From assembly GCA_051294905.1 (NCBI GenBank), contig CM119371.1, positions 9,488,001 through 9,552,000 of the forward strand: a DNA stretch of 64,000 nucleotides, written 5' to 3'. A program made the position numbers and the translations under genes. Of this stretch, positions 37,832 through 51,200 are shown in pieces; positions within the stretch are counted from its first letter, which is position 1; each line of letters starts with the position of its first letter. The notes below the pieces were generated by a model that ran no database searches, was not told where the DNA came from, and was given only the letters and a program-made list of their open reading frames with translations. Source of the stretch: Botryllus schlosseri (Eukaryota).

Positions 37832-39449
37832 TTATAAGGTCATGTCACATGCTGTGTATAATATGCCTTTTAAATCCAAGAAACAAGGATTTATATCGAA
37901 GTGCCGTACAACGTCCAAGATCGCCATTCCTAGTGTACTCAATTGAGACACGTTTTGTAGAATGCCACTCTTAAGAAGATCGATTTATCGCAGCCCAAAA
38001 GTAACCAATTGAATTACTCTCTTGCTGAACGAACACCTGCTGCCGGTTAAGAAAAAAAATTGTCCCGTGATGAAGTGCCAAGTTTGAGTAGCGCGTGTTC
38101 CGCGAAACTGATTTTCGATTAAGCTCATGGTCAGGTACGTTTGAGCCATGCCTAAGTCAAGAAGAGAAGAGATAGATACCAGAATCGATTAAATATTTAT
38201 ATGCTAAGTGCTGCTATTCCACATGATTAGTTTTGACGGCATATTCACCTGAACAAATTTTCGCGCTGCGCGCGCTCGACCTCCAGCTCTTAATTATTGC
38301 TTCATGTATAGTCTGAAAACAGCTATAACCTTCCATGCCACTACACCATGCGTTGGGATGACAAATATTCTGTTTGCACTTTTCAAGATTTTTTGATGTG
38401 ACGATTAAAGGGACGCAAAATCATCACGGTAGGACGTGCTAAAAAATAAATTGAGAGCCGCCTTTTGCTGGAGCAATAAACACGCCCGAACCGTGAGCGG
38501 TGTTTTATTGAACACTGAATGTATTTATCGCAACACAGCAATGCCATAGTAGTTTCTAGTGCAATGTCGGGAACTATATTGAAATCATATCAGATCAAAT
38601 ACTAAGGTTTCTATATTTTATGACTCCCATTTCTTTAGGGAGGCTTTTAGTAATACGGGATATCGGCCTACGTAACAGCAAAGGTTGGAAACCCCTATTT
38701 TATCAGCCGAGTTGTCCTTCACGGGGATAAAAGAGTAGGTGAAGACTTCACAGACTTATTCCCGTGTTCAGACTTCACAGTCAGTCGCCGCCGGCTACAA
38801 GAATCCGAAAGCGTAGGCGATATAAATCTCCGTATACGCTTCGCAGATTACTGCGGATGGTCACGTAATACAGCAACGTCTGCCAGTGCATATATGCGAG
38901 AGCCTATCTGCTGCATAGATATCTTTGATAAAAGCTATGTAGCTCGTAACGATAGCCGCAGCGAAGTCAGTTTGCAATCTCGTGTGAGTATAAGCCTACC
39001 CTAAACTCGACCAGATATGGTGGATGTCAGAGAGATTCATATTCTCGATTATATGTATTCTGTTCAGCGTTACTTAGTTTTGGCACAATATGATAGTCCA
39101 AAATCAACGAATCTATACTTCAAATCAATATAAGTCTCGCGGATGTCACGGTAAAGTTGTTGCTATACTGCTACAGCAGGTAATTCTTACGGGTTTCTAG
39201 ATAATACCCTGCGATTTTCTTGGTAGCATGTGATCAACGCATTTGATTGGCATTGGAGAGTGCAATTTGTCGGCCGGCGTATTCCGCGATTGAACGTTTA
39301 TGCTCGAACGACCCTGTTTTATTTGCAGTGCGTCTCAGAAGTGCGAATTGGATTTTGGATGATGGCAATGTATTGAGCAGGAAATGTCCTTTAGCCGGTT
39401 TCTGAGTGTTGTAATGTGGCGAGGATATCGATAGATGATCGATACGCAT

Positions 39450-41679
39450 CAGTGATGAGCGGAGTCTGCTTTTCCAGACTCCGAGTCCCTCCTACAACTT
39501 TGGTCTGTGAGGCAAAGTCCCTCCGACTCCGGGCAGCTCAATCCCAGACTCCGAGATAACCCGAAGAATCTTGTCCAGTCTACGAAACATCCATATCGGT
39601 AGAGGTAGTTCTTAAAAAACATTGTCGAAGAATCCCAATGATAGCAACTCTTGATAGCAACTCTTAGTTCCTCTGTCAGTGTCAGCTTCCGCTTCAAAGA
39701 TGAAGCCTCCTCATCCAACTTAGGTTTCATCGTAAATCTGGATGGCAAAACGTCGTCGGCACTCACTTTGCCATGCATTGCCCCAATTTCGATCAAGGCA
39801 TCAGCCATCTGCTTGAGGTCCTTCCCCTCAATAGAGCTCGGTGGTCTGATATCATGGGATACAAAGGAGACAACCACAACACCACGGACAAAACTTCTCC
39901 TTTGATTTCTCGCTTACTTTTTTGTTGGAAGAAAGAAAGGAACTTATCTTCAACTGCGATCCATTCTTCTTACACGCTTCGATATGTCTTCGAAGATGCG
40001 ACGTACCACTTGTCATTTGTCAACATGTGATGCTTTAGCTAAACATTGCAATTTTGACATCTCGCAAACCCAGTATACTGGCCATTATTATCATGCTTCA
40101 GAGTGAAATCCTTCCACACGTCACTTTTTTTCTGCCTCTTTGTGGGTAACCCACTTGACGTCGACGGAGGAAAACCAGTCAGTCCGAACTACCTACCACT
40201 TACATCGACGATCACATCACAGGTTTCAGTAAATTAAGTTCAGTTCCGCATCGCCATGAAACAGTTGATGGAGCTGCACTAAACAGACTTGATGCATCAC
40301 TGACGCACCGCACCGATCGACGCTCCTTGGAGTTGACTAAATGACTATTGACTTCCAATTTTAAAGCTGCTACATGATATCTGGAATTTGGAGTTTGAGA
40401 CAGACCAGCAGCAGAATCTTGTTTGCGGTGCTGATTTTTCTTATCACATCAAAGTCATTTTTCAATCAAACCAAACATTACATGACGCAAATTCAGAAGA
40501 GTTCTGGATGACTGATTACGTCAATCAATATTGAAGGAAGCGTAGTTGATGCGAGTTGCGAGCAGAGCAAAGCAGACGGTTGTAGTTATTTAGTGTGGCT
40601 GTTCAGAAATTCAGAATATTTTGTTTTTACTGGGTAAGATCAGCTTACCTCAGTGATTTATGTATTGTTAAAATCTTTGAAGCGGGCTTAGATGCTGGTA
40701 TGCCCATGTAAGCGGATCTTACTAGCGAAAATTCATCGCAACGTCATTCAATCATTATAACACATTGTATAAGTTTTTATTGTTTCAATCCAGAAACTTG
40801 CTTGTTGTATGTATATTTCTCACAGATATAAAAGTAATCTTGATGTAACACTTATTATCGATATCTCTCACTGCAGAGTAGTAAAGTAGCAAAGTACGAT
40901 GAAAGTTGCGAAAAGTTCTCACAAAAGTGGCATCACATATTATCTTGTTTCAACTGATACCAACGTTGGGAATACATTTTCACAAAATGGACCTATTACT
41001 ACGTTGAATGTCATCAAGATAATGGGATATATTCCGTTATGATCATGAACTTGCTGGAAGAATCAGGGTAGCTAAAGGTTGTACCATTGGGAAGCCCCGC
41101 TGTATGTTGCTGATTGTAAATGTTTCGCACAATTACTGGGGTAGCATGAAAATCAGTCACGAAACAAATACGCAAGGAGAATTGTGACTATAGAAGACTG
41201 CAATGACAGCAACGTTGAAGATTCTGGAGATCTTATCTCATAATACGGTGACATTCAGCTGTGGATTCAAAGACTGCATCTCAAGGCAGGGAGCAAATGA
41301 TGCACTGCGGATGATGTTGGGCGCCTTTAATTTTGTGAACTACAGACTCTGCTCAACGAAAATGCCTTGCTAGATCACTAGGTTACTCTCCAGTCCCCAA
41401 TTACAGTGCAGATGGCTGATTGCTACGCACTTGGCAATAATTTTTGCATGTTACCCTTCATATTACAACTTTACAAGGTGTCAACTGTCTGTGTTTTGGT
41501 TTGTAATCAATAGTGTCTTCTGGTCAGAGCTATCGAATGATAACGGGGGCAAAACTTACAACACTCCGGGAAACTCCGGAAAAATATCTGTAGTAAACTC
41601 CGGGTCCACTCCGAGTATCACAAAATTGGCAAAACTCCGCTCCGGATACACTCCGACTCCGCTCCGATGCTCATCACTG
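39450..41679. mobile_element. Non-autonomous hAT element with transposase remnant
   Basis: TIR CAGTGATGAGC / GCTCATCACTG. Perfect TSD ATACGCAT (39442-39449, 41680-41687). Subterminal CTCCG repeats. Confidence 0.9.
39640..40140 (-). pseudogene. hobo/Hermes-type hAT transposase N-terminal remnant (BED finger + Hermes-like DNA-binding domain)
   Basis: KSDVWKDF..ARCQNC(stop)..SGTSHLRRHIEAC (frameshifted), then DIRPPSSIEG..LIEIGAMHGKVSADDVLPSRFTM. Confidence 0.75.
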
Positions 41680-41901
41680 ATACGCATACGCTTTACCGGC
41701 AAGAGTTAGTCAATGTATATGCGTGTGTGCCTCAGATTAGAAAACATCGTATTCTTAAAATGATCGGTAACCAGACCGATTGTCGGATAGTCGCAGTCCA
41801 AAGTTTATTAAATCGCTAAAGCAGCTGGCATAGCTAAATAGTTACTCAGAGCAAATTGCAAAACGCATCATAATATGCTATTTGCAGCAGTTCGTTTATG
41901 A

Positions 41902-43198
41902 CAGTGGTTCCCAAACGGTGGGGAATTCCCCACTGGTGGGGAATTAAGTGGTTTCTAGTGGGAAATAGACGCGTTTGTTCAAAATTATCTACAGGACAGT
42001 CTTCATATTCACGGAGACACATGCGCAACTACCGTTACAATTTAACTGTTCTGGAATGTATGCATCGGAAATTATATTGCGTGTAGTTCACAAAACCTCA
42101 TTTACAACTCTGGATGGCCAATGATGGCGTCACAAACGCATCCAGCACGACTAGTCAGACGTGAAATACCGCTTTCACGAAATTTTGAGTGTTACTGATA
42201 TCGGTTCACAATACGTTTTACGTTGCAGTTATAGGCGATTGTCTTGCGTACTGCTGTGGTTGTGTGTCTACTGTAGTGAAACAAGCAAATAGCTGCTCTG
42301 TGATGTCAAAAGTGTTGGGTAGTGGGGAACAGGATCATAACTGCCGCATCCCAAATCAAGCTCGATGGGGCCCAAAATGATTTTGTGAATTGACATAAAT
42401 TATGGAGTATTTTTTTTTAAATTTATGTCACTTTTTCAATTTTTTTGCGCTGGGCGCGCGATTTAATATTGTCAAATATCTTGATTATTGGGTACCCTTC
42501 CCCCACAGAAATACGTAGATTTTATAGAAATGGAGACTTCGGCGCCGGTCATTACTGCGCCACGACGCACCAAGACATATGAAGTTATAGGCCATGTAAC
42601 ATGCGACTCCAAGACGTGTGCCAGTACGATCAGCAGCGAGAAGACCTTGGCCGAGAAGGAATGCTCGTTTGGTGACAGAAAACTTCGATATATATACAAT
42701 ATACATATATGTTTAATTGTCCATAGGTGGCTAAATGGCTGGCGCTGAATATTCATGCCCAGGCGATCTGAACCCCAGAGGACGAATGCCATCCCGCAGG
42801 GAAAAATTATTTGTCAGTAAAGCAATACCAATTTGAAATCGTGTGTTCCTTTTAGTTTTGGCGATTTCCATATCTTTTGACATAGCAGATATAGGAGGTC
42901 ACGAAATAGCATCAAGTAACGAAGTCAATATATCAACGGGTCTGCCCGAAGATGTTCAATTCATATTTAGGGGTCCGACCTTTTCCAACACACCTCACTC
43001 AGCTCTACCGGTAAATCTGTTTGCGTGAGCAGAGAGGGGATAAAAAATTGATAGCAAAATACATGCAATTCCCGATCATATTGACCGATTCAAACATGGA
43101 TTATATAAATTTTTCGCGCGTTTAAGGTCCTGGTGGGGAATGAAGGGTCGGAATAAATCTGAAGTGGGGAATGAAGACAAAAAGGTTGGGAACCACTG
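41902..43198. mobile_element. Charlie-ended element carrying family X body sequence
   Basis: CAGTGGTTCCCAAAC / GGTTGGGAACCACTG. TSD GTTTATGA (41894-41901, 43199-43206). 42335-43120 is homologous to family X. Confidence 0.85.
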
Positions 43199-43488
43199 GT
43201 TTATGAGAAGTGGTTGTCCATGAGAACGATCGGCGGCTAAGCAAGTGCCTCTATTCTGCGCTGTGCCTATGGTAAAGTTTTCATTTTAAACCTTGGATTC
43301 GTGTTGGCAAACGTACCAAAATTTTGCAAAGGAATTAATTATGAGCTTGACGATGTAGAATGTGTCTAATCCGTAAGTGTTTTGTACTCTTTTCGGCAAA
43401 AAAAACGCAGAAATACACTTTTCTGTATAGTCGCATTACAGTGAATGGTATTTTATGGTATCGAAATGGAAATTTCCATACTCCATAA

Positions 43489-44798
43489 TAGAGTTGGATC
43501 AATTGTAATTTGTAATTGAGCTGAATGTATTTAATTACATTTTTTCATGTAATTGTAATTGTAGTTGTAATTGAAGCATTTCTATTTTGTATAATTGTAA
43601 TTGTAATTTGGTAAAAATTTTGCTCAATTACAATTTCAATTACATTGTTATGGAAACCTGACAACATAAAATATTCAATCAATCAATTCGTCACACCAAT
43701 GAAAATCCGGTACGGACCAGGATGGCGACGAGGGGTCGCAACCCGCAAGGCCTTATGGCCTTAGTACACAGTCTCCACCTGTAATAGTTAGCCTATTTAC
43801 ATCTGTTTTCTATGCGTGCCGCGTTATAACTAGATAATTCAGCCATGCTGAGCTGTTTCCTATACTTCAGTAGCAACAGAAAACTGTGAATTACAATATA
43901 GGCTAAACCAGTGGTTCTCAAACTGAGGGACGTGCCCCCATGGGCGGCGTGAAACATCTGAAGGGTGCGCGAAGCTCCGGTAAGCTGAAATATTTTCCGC
44001 GCTTGACGCATTTCACCTCCATTTCATAGTTATTGCTCAGTGTATAGTCCGAATTTCATATTGGAGAATTCTCTCATCAACAGTCATAACCTTCCACACC
44101 ATCAAACTATATGTAAGGATTGCTAACATTCTGGTTTCATCGCACTCTAATGTTAATAAAATGCAATCTATTAATTTCGGAGCAAGTGAAAATGTAAATG
44201 CGAACCAAAATGTTGTATTTCATAGTTATCCGGAGGTTCTTTCCTTTTGCATTTATTTCAATTTTACACACCTTATCGGTATCATTCTTATCGCTGACTC
44301 CTTACCAACTAGGCCTACATTTTAACAACCTCACTCAGCTCCGAGTAGCCTAATCGTTTGATTGCATTTCATAAACTGTCCTGTAGCCTATTCGCTGTTG
44401 GTCGCTCAAACCTTTGGTTGTCAACAGTCGCTTGAAACATTTTTCTGTGTTTGTAGTTTTCAGTACTCATGATTAGGAATAGTTCGATTACGTTCGAATT
44501 ATTTTTATTGATTAAAGGGTATTCTACGTATCGTGGATGAAACATGAATAGCTTGAGATTGTTGCTAATATCGTCGCTACGGCTGTCGAAGAACACCACC
44601 TCTCTACCGAGTCAATTACATGTTTAACAGTAATTATAATAGTAATTGTAATTAATTACATGTTCAACAGTGATTGTAATTGTAATTGTAATTTGATATT
44701 TTTAGCATTGAGTTATTGTAATTGTAATGTAATTGAAACATTCAAGGAAGTAATTGTAATTGTAATTTAACTGAATTATTCTAATTGATCCAACTCTG
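43489..44798. mobile_element. hAT-like MITE with (ATTGTA)n subterminal arrays
   Basis: TAGAGTTGGATCAATT / AATTGATCCAACTCTG. TSD CTCCATAA / CTCCATAC. Confidence 0.8.
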
Positions 44799-45205
44799 CT
44801 CCATACCCGCCACATAATATCGTACGGCTGTAAAACACCAAGCAATTATACGTGCTTTGTGAAAAGAGTGCCAACGCTCATGAACTAGATAACAAAGCCC
44901 AAGTCTCAAATTCCGTCGGCCGCAAACCTTTGATACGCAACACTAAAACGAACATTTAAAATAAGATCTTTGCAATACGCATAGATCCGCTAAGCTGTCA
45001 ATTTCTGTTATGAGCCAATAATCACGTCACAGAAGTCCTGCAAACAGCATGTTGTGTTGTCTCTAAAATGACATGCCGCGCTGAAAACCATGAAATTACC
45101 AAAAAAACTGTTTAGTTAACCGAATTTTGATGCATGCATTTCATTCAACTATTCTCCAATGCCTGATAATTTTATAATTATCATGTTCAAATTCACAGGT
45201 CGGGT

Positions 45206-48200
45206 ATGACTTCCAATTCAATCTTTCCCGACAGTAGCTGGACGTGGTTTATATGCCTTGGAAATGCTATGGGATTCTTCTCGGTTACTGGGATATATCA
45301 TTGTTTCGGCGTGTTTTATCCGGAGGTTATGAAAGAATTCGATGTGAAGTACGCCCAGGTTTCGCTGGTGTCGGGACTCTGCACGGGAGCAATGTCGTTC
45401 GGAGGTGTGTGTTTTAAAACCGCCATAATGAATGTTGATACACCGTAATTCAGTTGCAAGCGCAAATGTCATTGCTAACAATATTGCATGGTTGATCGTG
45501 ACTAACCAAATTAGGCACAGTATGAACAGAAATCTCATTGCTTCGTGGGACAAGAAACACGCGTAAATTTAAGTTAACTTAAAGTGCGCCTGCTGGATCC
45601 GCGTAATATATGTCTGAAAAATCGTGTAACGAAAGTGGACCGTAATACAAGTTGTTTGATAAGGAATACGATAAGGATAAGGAATCATAGTATTGAATAT
45701 AGGCCTATAGTGTGAATGACCAATGGTTATTGACCAATGACCATGGTAGGTAAAACACAATGAGTACCAAAAACAACAATGAGAATAAGGTCAAGATCAA
45801 TACGTGTTAAACTGTGACAACCATATCAATCGGGCTCATTAGCTTATTCAGAGCCTAATCTAAATGCAGCCATGATTTAGTGTTGGGATCACCAACGTGG
45901 TTCCCGCGGGCGCCAGGTCGCCCGTACCAGAGGAGTCGCCCATATATAGTGGCAGTCAGTGACGCGCAGTCAGGGGGAAAAAGTGAAGCAGTGCCATACC
46001 TTTGGCCTGGATGGGAAAGCAAAATCGTCAAAACCTGTAATGATTATTCATATTTACTGAGGATGTCCATGAATACCGAAATTTGAATAGTCGTGCCTCT
46101 CCTGCGACAATGCAATTCATCTTAAACAGCTCGGAATTCGTAAAAATTCGTATTTATCAAATGCTATTGTCGCACCGATTCCGAAAATTCGAATAATAAC
46201 CATCTTAGGCATTGGAACCCCTCAAAATCGCTAAAGATTGCAAAATTCTGCTTTCTTACGAACAATGGCGGCGCAGAGAAACAATTGCCAATCCAGGCAT
46301 CGAATCTGCCTCACTCACTATTCGCTAACAATAGGACAATCGCAGCAGAGTGAAACTATAGATAACTAAGGTAAACCGTAGATGCGACACCCGCGAGCAT
46401 TACGTAACGTCACGCTCCAATTATACTCTACGGCACTGTTGTTGTTTTGCTTGGCGCTTATGCAGCAGGAGGCAGATTTCAGCATTAGGATGGTAATATC
46501 TATCCATGGGGTATGTTTAGCGAGTAGCTGCTCCGTATGGTTACTAACCAAGGTTGTTGGATCCATGCTACACAATCTGTGCTAGGAAAACGAGCAATCG
46601 AATAGAATTTTAAAGTCAATAAATAGGCCATTAAATACGGCGGCCCGAAGCGTGTTTCTTGTTTCTGTATAGATAGAAGTTCCGAGGTGTCGTATTGAAA
46701 GTAATTATACTACTAATAACGTGTTTGTATAATATCAATCAGAATAAGAAACCGCATTTCAGTTGACGCGGGCTCGGCCTCTTCAAATTCTGTAGATACC
46801 GTTATGCCGCTTAGCATGGAATCGCGGCTTGTAGTAATAGGAATTATTGTTGCTTGACAGAGGATAAATTCTTTGAATCTACTTGTAACCGTTGTGACTT
46901 GGCCGATGAAGGTGGATTTGATTGAAAGTCACTGCTCACTGACCATGTTATCTGCTGTATAATGTCCAATGACATAGAGGACAATGATGGCAAAGAAGCA
47001 AGTGATTGCTGGATATTAAATTTATACAAGGGTCACTATCATACCACCTACCAGCTATCTTCATTCAAGAAGTCAGTAATGGAATCACGCTATCCGAATA
47101 CGACAACCGAAAGATTGATGGATTTTGGTACGAATTTTAGTCGAAGCTGGTGATCCCACCAAGCATTTCATGGATGGGACTATTTCTATGAAAAGTTATC
47201 AAGGACCAAGTTTCTTCTCGACAAAATGAAATTAAATGACGATGCTGATTCCAGTCGAAGAGGATGAAAGTAAAGGTTGTGAAATTTGTGTGACATAAGA
47301 CCTACGTAACATCATTGATGATCCCTCTATTATTGCACATCTTTGCCGAAGAGACTCTGTGAATGCCTGCATGATGGAGTGACTAGCGTAACACCACAGT
47401 CAGATATCCAAATCACTGCTGGAATTTATCTCAGAAGCACAAAACTCCATAAAATCAGCGCAATGTCAATTTCATCATTTAAGCTGTCAGTGAAATGATT
47501 TTTCACATTTGACATAATTCAACAGGATGATTTGTTACCGTAAGGTGGCTTCTATTTGCCACATTTTTGACACCCAGTATTTTCAAAACATGCAGTTCAA
47601 CCAGCGGGATTCGCAGCCCATCTGCTTTCAGATGTAGGAGCACCTCTACGTACCAGATTGTCACCTACCCTCATTAAGCATTGAATTCTACAAGATAATA
47701 GTTACACACAAATATTTTCACTCTCATACTGCAAGATCCTTGTCAACGGGCAAATCTATGGTTATCTGCATCTAATAGTAACCTGGCTCGAAATGTATTG
47801 TCAACTCAGGGTCTCTCATTTGTAATTCACTGTCACAACATATATCCGTGAACAGTCGTATGATGGATGTAGAAAATCTTCATCTTGTCGTCATATCATT
47901 ACTGTTAACCTATTCAACCAGGCTTACATTATTCTAATCATATATGTTTACGACTATTTATACAATCAGATGAGACAGTGTACAACATGTTTGATGTGGG
48001 TGTGATCCGACAAGTTGAATGCGAAGGTCTCATCACACATTCCTATCCTAGTATCGCGCATGTGTAGGCTATATCTTCCATGTCATTATTGATGCTGCCT
48101 TATTTGTTATGTATTTCGGTTTGATGGAAATATAGACACTCCCTTACTGTCCTGTGACTTATGACCATTGATTCGGTTCTCTAATCCTTGTTAGGCTCTC

Positions 48201-51200
48201 CCAGGTGAAACAAATTTGGTAAAATCGCATTCTATTGCTTCCTTCTTCATGATGATATATAAAATAAATCACGAAATATGGCACATAAAAACATCAAACA
48301 CATGGACTGTTGGTTATGTCACAGTCAGATATATTTTGGCAGATTCCAACAGGTGGATAGTGACAAAATACTTCTACTTTTTCAAAGTACTCAAGTAACC
48401 TACTTCTACTTGTAAGACTTACCAGCATGGTTATGATATTTGGCTACTTCTAAACTCAGCCTAGAATAACAACTTTTTGCCTTATTGAAAATCGCTACTT
48501 TTACTTGCGTTTGAGATGAAATTAACATCATTTCTACTTCAATATCGGGTTTGTTTGCCTCCAAAATATGAATATTTGGCCAAGCCTTCCTCTTCATAAA
48601 TGAAATGAGCCACGTGGTTGGAAATTACAATGCAGATTTTACGGACCAAACCGCGGTGTTCTCCTTTGAGAGGGCCACGTGTGTTGTTGAAACTGCCCAT
48701 GCAATGTACTGAGGACTTTTGCTAACAACACACTAAACACACCAAATTTTCCTCCTTAAAGTTTCTTCTTCTTTGACTGGACTCATTAGCTTCATTGTGC
48801 CGAGCAAAATGTTTGATAAATTTGATCCTTGATAAACTTTCATAGAAATAGTCCCATGCGTGAAATGCTTCTGCGTTATCACCTGCTTCGACTGAAATTC
48901 ACATCGACTTCCATCAATCTTCTGCTTGCCGCATTGGGACAGCCGTATTCCATTACAGACTTATTGAATGAAGATAGATGGTAGGAGTATTGTGGCTATT
49001 CTGAGCGATGCACTAGGTTCCAGAGTCTTATCACCAGTTGCCACTTGCTTCCTTGTCGTCACTCTCCTGTCCTCCATATCATTATACATTATTCAGCAAT
49101 ATGATCAGCAGTGAGTAGTCTCAATCAAATCTGCCTGTCTAGGCCAAGTCGCAACAGTTGCAATTAGATTCAAACAAATAATCGTCTGTCAAGTAATAAA
49201 AATTCCTATTGTTATTAGATACGGCGTGATTCCATGTTAAGCAACATACCGATATCTACAGAATTTGAAGGGATCGAGACCGCGTCAGCTAAAATGCGGA
49301 TAGATTATTACACGTCCTAGTCATGACTTTCAATGCGACACCTCACATCAAGGAACTTCAATCTTGAGATACTGGAAATCCGCTTCGGGCAGCCGTATTT
49401 ATTGACTTTAAAATTGTATTCGATTGCTCGTTTCCCTAGCACAGATTGTATAGCATGGGTCCAATGAGCTCGGTTAGTAACCATACGAAGCAGCTGCTCG
49501 CTAAACATACCCCATGGATAGATATTACCATCCTAATGCTGAAATCTGCCTCCTGCTGCATAAGCGCCAAGCAAAATAACAACAGTGCCGTAGAGTATAA
49601 TTGGAGCGTGACGTTACGTAATGCTCGCGGGTGTCGCATCTACGGTTTACCTTAGTTATCTATAGTGAAACACGCTATCGATTTCGGAAACCGACAGCGC
49701 TGTATGAATTGTACAGTAGCGATGGCCAGGCCAACACGTTTTGCGAAACAAATGCATTCCCTTAATGATGTAGCTGCTATGTGTTTTCCGTCCATAGCTA
49801 CGGTAAATTGTGGTATGTGATAGCTACTTACATAGCCTGCGTTGTCGTTGTTTGTGCCCTTTATTGTGTTCTCAACGGCAATAGTACCGTAATTTACACC
49901 AGGTCGATATTCCATGTTTAATTCCGTATATGCCAACTTGTTGCACTGTCCACGTTTAGGTTTTGAAAGACACCGCTTACATGGAACAGATAGCGAGGAG
50001 TAGCCTAGATAGCCTGTGTGTGAAGATAGATAATCTAATGTGTATGATATACGAAACAGGGTGCCAACTCAATCAGCTAACCTAGGTTTTATTTTAAATA
50101 TTTGCGAATCTTAATCTAAGTAAATCTGCATCCCCAATCAAAATCATGAGTCTAACTTTGATTTTCCATAGTCTGCATGATGTCCTTAACCAATTTTGAT
50201 CTTAGTGAGTGGCATATTTAGGTTTGCTGATACAATGCCCATTTCAATCTTGTACAAAAGGAGATTGGGCGAGCAAATGGCAATAGAGAATATAAAACCG
50301 AAATTGGGATCTTGAATAAAATATTTTACATATTCATATATAATTTGACGTAGCTTTTGAGCAACAATTAAACACACAGCGAGGTGGTGAGTGATGACGT
50401 TGAAGAATGTAAAGAGATTGAGTACCCGATTCCGATATTCCCTGAACCACCAGCTTAATTTCTGGCGGCCTGGTTTTCGGTATGTCTAGAGCCTGTTACG
50501 TGTTCTTGTTCATGATCTATATTCGGTGTTCATAAAGTCTCCCTATTTTTCAGCCCTCTCTCTCTTGTTTGTCAAATGGTTGGGCATCAGACGGTTGGCG
50601 ATGATCTCCAGTTTTCTATTCAGCATGTCACTGTTAGCGGCGTCTCAAAGTACCAGTATCAACTCTTTTGTCTTATTCTGCGGCGCAATATCCGGTAGGA
50701 GATTATTGCTTTTTTGTAGGCTTAGAGAATTTTGTAAGGGGCTTGTGAAGTTAATGTTCAGTGTTCACATTTGTGATAGGAATGATTATTAAAAAACGCT
50801 ATTTGCAAAATAGTCTCGTTATCGGTGTTAGCCCAAAACAATACATCCACTGATCTCTCACGGTGCGATTCAATCTTTTTTGGTTTGGGTAAAAAGTTAT
50901 TTGGATGATTTTGGTGCCTTAATTCCTTGGAACGTAAACGGAGGATTTAACGATATGAATAATCATTATGTTACTACATTTTATATTGGGTATTCGTTTT
51001 CGTAAAATATTGAATATAATATACATCACAGAAAAAAATAGTTAACTTAAAATACATATAAACAAAAAACAAATTAGATATCAACAGTTTTGCAAGATAC
51101 AGAGATTCACTTTGTATAAATTGGTTGTAACCTACAATTTTTCTTATATCCTGAAAGCCAAATTTGATTGCCTAATTTCCACTCCCTAAAATCTTATGTA

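Noticed and set aside
46366..46585. Duplicated 67-69 aa ORFs (mirror at 49436-49655) as small genes
   Set aside because: They are a by-product of the inverted repeat arms and show no recognisable domain.
47230..48810. Coding remnant in the foldback spacer
   Set aside because: No open frame or transposase motif could be recognised by eye; needs tBLASTx.
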